Made by a program: the position numbers and the translations under genes
Shown here: positions 57,547 through 64,000 of the stretch, piece after piece
How the letters are laid out: every line of letters starts with the position of its first letter
Position numbering within the stretch: the first letter of the stretch is position 1
Notes under the pieces: model-generated
The model's database searches: none
What the model saw: only the letters and a program-made list of their open reading frames with translations
Told to the model about the DNA's origin: nothing
Assembly: GCA_046482545.1 (NCBI GenBank)
Contig: JAWOEX010000039.1
Location: 1 to 64,000 of the forward strand
DNA from: Candidatus Thorarchaeota archaeon
GTDB lineage: Archaea; Asgardarchaeota; Thorarchaeia; Thorarchaeales; Thorarchaeaceae
Length of the DNA: 64,000 nucleotides
Direction of reading: 5' to 3'

Positions 57547-58332
57547 TCAGAGTTTTTCCAGTCGTGCGTGGATAACAGAGCCGCAATATCTGCACTCGGC
57601 CTCTAGAGGTCCGGTCCAGCTGATATTATCCTTGTTTAGCGAAGCCCCACAGGAAGGGCATTTCAGAGGCAATCGTACAGTTCGGATATCTGAGGTTTTT
57701 GGTTCTGACCGGTATTTCTCAGGTAAGGCGCGATCTGGTGCTTGTAGTTTGAAGACCTCTTCCAGACTCGGTGTTAACCTTTTCATTTGATAGGCAAAGA
57801 GGCCTATGATTACAAGTGCTATAATTGCAGCAGCGATTGGAATTATTAGGATATTTGAAAAAGGCATATCAATTTCTGTCGGAACCATAGGCCCACCATT
57901 TGTTGTCATTGTTGGGTCTCCGGTGTGTTGCTCGTCGTAAACTCCTATCTCGTAATAGCCCGAATTTCCACCTATTTCTTCCAGCTGGATGTATACTAAC
58001 TCTGCCATATCAAGGGTGAATTCAACAGATACGTTTTCATCGCCAGCACCTTCTCCTTCGGCAATAACATCACTCATAGTGCTATTGAATGAAACCTGAA
58101 TCCGAAACTGCATATCCCAAAATGAATCACATGACGCAATGACAGTCCAATTTCCGGCTTCCAGGTTGGATGAATACAAATTTTTTCCATTCCCAGTGAT
58201 GTACTGATTGCTGGTGGGATCATTTGGTATCAGATTATCCGCTGCCTGTGCATTTGCAGTGGCGATTGAGACTAGAAGTATGAAGCCAATCAACAAGTGA
58301 AGGAAACGTTTGTAACCCATTGTATCCCACAA
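57547..58332 (-). CDS. Single-pass membrane protein: signal peptide, extracellular beta domain, TM, cytoplasmic Zn ribbon
   Basis: N-terminal hydrophobic helix, TM ILIIPIAAAIIALVIIGLFAY, CPSCGA...CRYCG. Confidence 0.8.
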   Translation of the reverse strand: MWDTMGYKRFLHLLIGFILLVSIATANAQAADNLIPNDPTSNQYITGNGKNLYSSNLEAGNWTVIASCDSFWDMQFRIQVSFNSTMSDVIAEGEGAGDENVSVEFTLDMAELVYIQLEEIGGNSGYYEIGVYDEQHTGDPTMTTNGGPMVPTEIDMPFSNILIIPIAAAIIALVIIGLFAYQMKRLTPSLEEVFKLQAPDRALPEKYRSEPKTSDIRTVRLPLKCPSCGASLNKDNISWTGPLEAECRYCGSVIHARLEKL

Positions 58333-58555
58333 TCTGCTCTAATTACATTGTCTTCTTTGTAAATAAGGGCTTCTAGTGAAGTCAGACTAAGTTGATTTCT
58401 TTTGGACAGCACTTTTGCATGGTTGCAGGAATAATCAGGAAACTCTCAATGGATTGACGCCTGATATTTCGGCTTTCAGAACCCTTTAATTATCCCAAAG
58501 AAAACTATGAGAGTAGCAAAAGCACGCAGAATTGTTCTAATCACTCTATCATAAG

Positions 58556-58840
58556 GTGATAAGGATGAAAAGGAGAGCTCACGTTTTCATCAGCGGAAGA
58601 GTACAGGGTGTTTTCTTTAGGGCCACTACGAAACGAAAAGCTCGGAGGAGAGGAGTCAATGGTTGGGTTAAGAACCTACGAGATGGCCGTGTAGAGGCGG
58701 TTTTTGAGGGCGAAGAAGAAAAAGTCAAAGAGATGATACAGTTCTGCCATCACGGGCCTCGTTCGGCTAGAGTTGAGAATGTTGAAGTAAGCTGGGAGGA
58801 TTACACCGGCGTCTTTGAAAACTTCTCAATACGATACTGA
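58556..58840 (+). CDS. acyP: Acylphosphatase
   Basis: [27 protein letters not shown]. Confidence 0.93.
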   Translation: MIRMKRRAHVFISGRVQGVFFRATTKRKARRRGVNGWVKNLRDGRVEAVFEGEEEKVKEMIQFCHHGPRSARVENVEVSWEDYTGVFENFSIRY

Positions 58841-59049
58841 TAGAGAATCAAATTGTAAGAATCAGAGATAGGTATATCCCGTTCCTCAAGAAAACCACTC
58901 GCTTGCGATGGAGCCATCTAATTCTTCTTGATACTTTCCGCAACGAGGGGAACACAAAGATGATTGTTATTAGCCAGTATTCTAAGACAGAGTTGGCAAA
59001 GATATCATTGAAGAGGCATTGAACATCTTGCAGGGGGAAGGGATGCAAT

Positions 59050-59739
59050 TCAGGACCAAATACGCCCTTCTACTCTTTCTATATCTTCATCTTCCAGCCC
59101 GTCAACACCATCCAACATATCCTTTGGAATTCCCCAGATTTCATCAGCCTTGCAATCAAAATGATGCCACTTGTACGTAAGGTGATCTTGGAAGTATCCC
59201 GGTTCGCCAAGCCTAAGTCGGCCTTTCTCTATATTTGACCCACATGTTCGACATTTAGATCTGCTGCTCTTCGCAGGCTCGACTTTCCAGACCTCAGATG
59301 GCGTAAATCTAGTCTCTGGTTGTTGTCCCAATGTTTGAAGAAAGCGTTCAACATTTTTTCCTACTTCCTGAGGCGTCAATCGAATGGAGAAGGAATCATA
59401 TTGTGATGGACTATATCTGAGCTTGGCATTGCCATTCTTGTATATCTGTTCGATAGTGGTATTTGGCGGCATCTTACCTCTGTCTTTCATGAACTGCAGG
59501 AGAAGTTTAGCAACATATTCGGTAGCTTGTGTTTTTCCCGGAAGATAGTGAAGACCTGATTCCTTGGCAATAGCATAGTAAGTAGATATCCAGCTCTGGC
59601 CTGTCTCCTCATCTTCTTCTTTTTCTTTCTCCATTATCAAGGCACCGACAGGCACACGCCTCTTAACGCGTTGCATCTCGAGCGTGGTTTTGCTTATGAA
59701 ATATGCCCAATCCAGTTCAGCTTCAGTCCATTTTGGCAT
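59050..59739 (-). CDS. Protein with C-terminal PARP-type zinc finger
   Basis: VEPAKSSRSKCRTC...IEKGRLRLG...WHHFDC...LDGVDGLEDED; start moved to ATG 59739 (GAGGTG RBS). Confidence 0.85.
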   Translation of the reverse strand: MPKWTEAELDWAYFISKTTLEMQRVKRRVPVGALIMEKEKEEDEETGQSWISTYYAIAKESGLHYLPGKTQATEYVAKLLLQFMKDRGKMPPNTTIEQIYKNGNAKLRYSPSQYDSFSIRLTPQEVGKNVERFLQTLGQQPETRFTPSEVWKVEPAKSSRSKCRTCGSNIEKGRLRLGEPGYFQDHLTYKWHHFDCKADEIWGIPKDMLDGVDGLEDEDIERVEGRIWS

Positions 59740-59824
59740 ACTTCTATGCACCTCATTATTATCAACGCGCTTGGAATATTTAAAGTACATAGGTGTAAAA
59801 GGTCCTAGTCGTTAGGAATCCGTT

Positions 59825-60709
59825 CTACAAGCCTAGTCGGTGCAATTCCTTTTCAAATAGGTTTAACCTTTGCTCCAAGTCTATTCGTTCCCTAGCGAAT
59901 ACTGCAGGATCGATTTTCCCTTCTCTCATTTGCGTATCCAGAGCACTAAGTTCTTGCTTAATTTCACTGACCCGTTCCTGCACAACATCAATACGAGAAA
60001 CAGCATGGCTCTCCTGATCCGATGTAGGCCTTTGCGCGGAAACAATTTGCCCATCTTGAATTCTTAGGATACGATCACACTGCCTAGCCTGACTGGGGTC
60101 GTGCGTTACCATTAAGACGGTCTTTCCGAGTTCCTTGTTCACGGTATGAAGATGATCAATTACAACTGCACCTGTTCCCGTATCCAAGTCACCCGTGGGC
60201 TCATCTGCAAGGAGAACCTGTGGGTCATTTGCTAGCGCAGCGGCAATTGCAACCCTCTGCCTTTGTCCACCAGAAAGCTCGTCGGGTTTGTGCTTCATTC
60301 GTTCCCCCAGGCCCATGATGGATAACAGATGAGTCGCGCGCTCCTTCCGATGTTTTGAAGACCTATTTGCGGCAAGCATCGGTAGTTCGACATTTTCATA
60401 GGCAGTTAGAGTTGGAATGAGATTGAGTTCTTGGAATATGTGTCCGACAACATCCCTTCTTAGCCTACCCAAATCTCCAGGGCTTGAGTTGGTGACATCA
60501 TGGCCAGCAACTATCGTCTGCCCTGCAGTAGCTCTCGTTATACCGCCAAGTATGTTCAGCAGGGTGGTCTTTCCTGAACCACTCGCACCGACAATGGCCA
60601 CCATCTCTCCTTCGTCAACCTTCATCGACAAACCTCTCAGGGCTTGTACCTCGACCTCTCCAACCCTATAGACTTTCACAAGGTCTTTAGCTTCAATGTA
60701 CGACTTCAT
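59825..60709 (-). CDS. ABC transporter ATP-binding protein (LolD/MacB type) with C-terminal helical extension
   Basis: GASGSGKT, LSGGQRQR, LLADEPTG, VTHD. Confidence 0.93.
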   Translation of the reverse strand: MKSYIEAKDLVKVYRVGEVEVQALRGLSMKVDEGEMVAIVGASGSGKTTLLNILGGITRATAGQTIVAGHDVTNSSPGDLGRLRRDVVGHIFQELNLIPTLTAYENVELPMLAANRSSKHRKERATHLLSIMGLGERMKHKPDELSGGQRQRVAIAAALANDPQVLLADEPTGDLDTGTGAVVIDHLHTVNKELGKTVLMVTHDPSQARQCDRILRIQDGQIVSAQRPTSDQESHAVSRIDVVQERVSEIKQELSALDTQMREGKIDPAVFARERIDLEQRLNLFEKELHRLGL

Positions 60710-60715
60710 TTTTTG

Positions 60716-63499
60716 TCACCTAAGAACATCTACCTTTGCTTCAGGTTTCCTTGACTCCCAATATACAGGCAGTGCCGCAGCCAATATCACAGCAAGTACT
60801 ATCAATATCATGTACAACCCTGCTAATCCTCCAAGCACGACTCTCGGTTGTATTAATCCACTAATGTTTTGAGACTGAAGATTCGTATTTCCAAATATCT
60901 GAATCACACCTACAGCAGATCCAAGGAGAAGTGAGAATCCAACCATCACCATGACTTCTGCGAATAAAGTCTTGAATAACTGCCATTTGCTGAATCCTCT
61001 CACAGTGAGAAGAGCTATTTCTGATTCCTTCTCTCGGAGCGTAAGTATGATGACCAAACCTGTTCCAACTACTGCAAGTATCACGGCAAAAACAACCGCA
61101 ACCCATTGAATCTTCGTCGTTCCACTTTCGATTGGTTGCTCATAATGATTCTTGATCTCAGATGTGTATGAGTAGCTTCGATAGATACTTTCTGGAAAAT
61201 AAGACATGAACTCCTCCTGCAACTTCGTTCCGTTGGTTGTGGCCGGATTGTCTATCAGGATGTTGGCAGTAGCAGCATCAACTAATCCAGTATCATTGAG
61301 GAACGAATAAGAAACATACGATGGATAAGAGCCCGCCGCTGAGACAGCAAAATCCTCCACGTATCTCTCTAGGAATGACTGGTATCCAATTAAACCGACA
61401 ATCCTTAACCTATGCGAGGAAGAGCTCAAAGGCCCCTTCACGTAGATGTCATCGCCAACCTCCAGACCTAGAACATCTGCCATTCTAACGGAGAGAATGA
61501 TACCGTCACCCCTTTCGAGCTCGGACATTACATCCTTTACATCCCCGATGAACCATTGAGATTCATAGAACGCGGTTTCCAGCCATTCTTGGGGTTTTAT
61601 TCCCCGTGTGGAGATATCTCGCTCTCCAGAAGTCAAACTAAGCCGATACTCGGGTGTCGCTGAAAGAACGCCTTCTTCAGCTGTTATATTTTCGAGTATG
61701 CCCCCAGTATTGACCCCATCTTTAAGCTCCAAGCGAATATCCGCACCCACATCATACTTTGCCTCCCTATCAACCCGATCATATTCGGAGAAAAGACTAC
61801 CTATGGAGAATACACCGTATGAGACAATGAGAGAAACAATGAAAACGAGAGCGGCATTTCTTGCAGGATTTCGCTTCACATTCCGAGTTGCTATCTTTCC
61901 AAATGCTCCAAAGAATCGTTTTCCAGCATTTACAACGGTTTCTTGAAACTTGGTCGATCCACGCATGAATATCTTGGTTGCACCATACAAGAAGAACAGG
62001 GGGCCTAGAGTGTTTAGAACTCCATCAACAGCAAGCCAAGCTATGATGGCAATAGCCAGTATCCAGTTGCCCGGACTCAAGCCTGTAAGAAGAACGTTCA
62101 TATCGATACCGAGTAACCAGACAATTATCTTGTAAGTACCGAGCACAAACGTGATTGTAGGGAGGAGTCGCTTGTATTCGGAGGTTTCTTCAACATACAC
62201 GTAATGCTTGAGAGCATCGAGGAGCTCCAATCTAGACGCCCTGTTAGCAGGTCTCCAGACTGATATCAGAGCGAGAACCATGCCGAGGATAACCGATATT
62301 ACTATGGATATGGGGTTGTTTGTTATCACGGATAGGTAGCTCATTCCAGATGGTGCTATAACGAAGAATGATATCGCTGTTCCAAGGAATGTCGACACAG
62401 CGCCGGCGAGTGCCCCAACTACAACGCCTTCAATCAGAAACATATTCCGAATAGTTCCTCTTTTGTAGCCCTTCGTGAGGAGAAGTCCGATTTCCCGTCT
62501 CCGAAGATTGTAGCCCACATCGCTCACCATAGTTCCGGTGAAATAGGCCATGAAGAAAATGGGCAGAGAAAGGCCCATGAAAGTGATATTCATCATCAAG
62601 GATATCATTAGGTACATCTGTAAAGGCAAAGTCAGACGCGAATCAACAGTTGCACCAAAGCGTTCTATCCGGGATAAGAGTGCTTGGCGCGTATCTTGAA
62701 CCCTGGTAATCGATGCATCGATGTTGTATGGATCAATAAGTGTATCCCTGTCGATTCTGCAATGTATGCTATTGAGAACGCCATATAAGGTCGAATTGTT
62801 GACAGTTGAACATGCATCCAACACTGGGGCCATAGTCAAATCCCAATCTGCAACGAATGCGTTATACACGAAGGGCTGTCCAAGGCCATATGCTTCAAGA
62901 AGCAGGTTCATATTCAATCTCTGAGTAAGCGCGTAAAGATGGTCCTCTGAAACAGAAACATAGCCTGCTACTGTCATATTCCAGTTGATTGTCTTTTCGT
63001 AAGGTGGAGTAGATAGCTGAACCGATATCGGAACGGTAATTTCCTGCCCAATCTCAAAGAGAGATTCGTTTTGTGAGCCTTGAATGACATATGTTTCATT
63101 AGGTCCCAAGGATGTCGCCCCTGAAACTACTTGGATTCCCTGAGCCATGTTGCTATCCCATTCGAGTCCATAGACCTGAAACTGAGTTCCCGAATTATTG
63201 TAATCCCAAGAGATTTCAGTCGTTCTTGTATGTGAAACGATGTGTGAGACTGCTGATATTTCCGCCTCCACCTTCTCAAAGGTGTCAGCAGTCCAGTTGG
63301 AGCCTTGTCGATCGTTAGCGACAAAATCATAGACCACGCCTTCAATAGCACCATCTAACGCATCTCGTGCCAGGAGATCAGCTGATACATTAGTACTAGC
63401 AAAAAAGGTTGTAGCTACGAGGACACCGATTGTTAGAGCAACAAATAATCTATAGCTCCGTACTACTCGTTTGAGAGCATATTTGAACATGATGCCCAC
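60716..63499 (-). CDS. FtsX/MacB-like ABC permease (double repeat)
   Basis: RRREIGLLLTKG and EKESEIALLTVRG FtsX motifs; two large extracytoplasmic domains. Confidence 0.9.
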   Translation of the reverse strand: MGIMFKYALKRVVRSYRLFVALTIGVLVATTFFASTNVSADLLARDALDGAIEGVVYDFVANDRQGSNWTADTFEKVEAEISAVSHIVSHTRTTEISWDYNNSGTQFQVYGLEWDSNMAQGIQVVSGATSLGPNETYVIQGSQNESLFEIGQEITVPISVQLSTPPYEKTINWNMTVAGYVSVSEDHLYALTQRLNMNLLLEAYGLGQPFVYNAFVADWDLTMAPVLDACSTVNNSTLYGVLNSIHCRIDRDTLIDPYNIDASITRVQDTRQALLSRIERFGATVDSRLTLPLQMYLMISLMMNITFMGLSLPIFFMAYFTGTMVSDVGYNLRRREIGLLLTKGYKRGTIRNMFLIEGVVVGALAGAVSTFLGTAISFFVIAPSGMSYLSVITNNPISIVISVILGMVLALISVWRPANRASRLELLDALKHYVYVEETSEYKRLLPTITFVLGTYKIIVWLLGIDMNVLLTGLSPGNWILAIAIIAWLAVDGVLNTLGPLFFLYGATKIFMRGSTKFQETVVNAGKRFFGAFGKIATRNVKRNPARNAALVFIVSLIVSYGVFSIGSLFSEYDRVDREAKYDVGADIRLELKDGVNTGGILENITAEEGVLSATPEYRLSLTSGERDISTRGIKPQEWLETAFYESQWFIGDVKDVMSELERGDGIILSVRMADVLGLEVGDDIYVKGPLSSSSHRLRIVGLIGYQSFLERYVEDFAVSAAGSYPSYVSYSFLNDTGLVDAATANILIDNPATTNGTKLQEEFMSYFPESIYRSYSYTSEIKNHYEQPIESGTTKIQWVAVVFAVILAVVGTGLVIILTLREKESEIALLTVRGFSKWQLFKTLFAEVMVMVGFSLLLGSAVGVIQIFGNTNLQSQNISGLIQPRVVLGGLAGLYMILIVLAVILAAALPVYWESRKPEAKVDVLR

Positions 63500-63593
63500 G
63501 CTATTAACTCAGCTGAGGACAGAGAGAAATAAAAAGTCAACGTATAAAGCATCTATCGATTCTAGATTCCCGCCTGAGTTTCTACTGGAATCC

Positions 63594-64000
63594 TTAGGTA
63601 CCCGACATTCTTCGATCATAGAAACATGCCAGTAGAATGACTATGACGGCTACTACAGAACTCGATAGAACAACAGGCAAAAATGTGATGTGGGGGTCGA
63701 CTTGAGTAGTAGTAAGAATCCTCAGATCAATAGAACGCGAATAGCTTGTGGCTGAGTTGTTTGCCTTGTCGAAAGCCTGTATGAACAAGTTGTATGTCCT
63801 GTTCATTTGCAGAGCCGGGATTTCAGAGATGTAAAGTGAACCATTGAAACCCAGCGGATGTTTGATTCTGTCAGCTGATGACGGGTTCACAACCAATGAC
63901 ACATTTCTAACACCAGAATCTCTATCAGACACTTCGGCCCATGCTTCGAAATCCTCACCTCTTTTTGCTTCCAGACTGAAGTTCCAACTGGAAATCTCAG
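63594..64000 (-). CDS. C-terminal part of a membrane-anchored surface protein (partial)
   Basis: Frame open to the window end; Ig-like VSDRDSGV..V and QAFDKANN motifs, C-terminal TM helix. Confidence 0.75.
   Translation of the reverse strand, partial: EISSWNFSLEAKRGEDFEAWAEVSDRDSGVRNVSLVVNPSSADRIKHPLGFNGSLYISEIPALQMNRTYNLFIQAFDKANNSATSYSRSIDLRILTTTQVDPHITFLPVVLSSSVVAVIVILLACFYDRRMSGT

Noticed and set aside
58848-59048. 66-aa minus-strand ORF
   Set aside because: No RBS or recognisable motif; probably intergenic.
1-64000. CRISPR arrays, tRNA/rRNA genes, IS elements or integrases
   Set aside because: No regularly spaced direct repeats, cloverleafs, rRNA segments or transposase/integrase motifs seen by eye.

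Overview
Gene-dense archaeal chromosomal window, most likely from an Asgard archaeon (Thorarchaeia-like). This is inferred from GGAGGTGA-type ribosome-binding sites, TATA-box promoters, a Rab-like small GTPase, an LRR protein, a PARP-type zinc finger and a multi-PAS histidine kinase. I see no rRNA, tRNA, CRISPR array or transposase. From left to right: a truncated giant secreted beta-helix protein missing from the ORF track; a nitrogen/sulfur catabolic region (two arginine-deiminase-fold paralogs, an S9 peptidase homolog lacking its catalytic Ser, an AOR operon, hydantoin racemase, two DUF917 proteins, an NTase-like/metallophosphoesterase pair, an APC permease); a GlcD/GlcF-like pair, UroD-family, RraA-family and aminotransferase genes plus a glycyl radical enzyme with no adjacent activase; kdgK-eda; a thioredoxin cluster; sulfatase plus anaerobic maturase; and a MacB/FtsX-type ABC system. 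The best candidate for an undescribed system is a five-gene minus-strand cluster (47829-51790): Zn-ribbon protein with a probable CTG start, longin/roadblock-like protein, two paralogous ~15-TM (7+1+7-like) membrane proteins and a Rab-like GTPase. Other leads are an intergenic unit with two ribosome-binding-site-led micro-ORFs (MHDEIV, MIPDWPDVPW), two K-turn/box C/D RNA candidates and several apparent pseudoenzymes. All functional calls come from motif recognition by eye; no searches were run.
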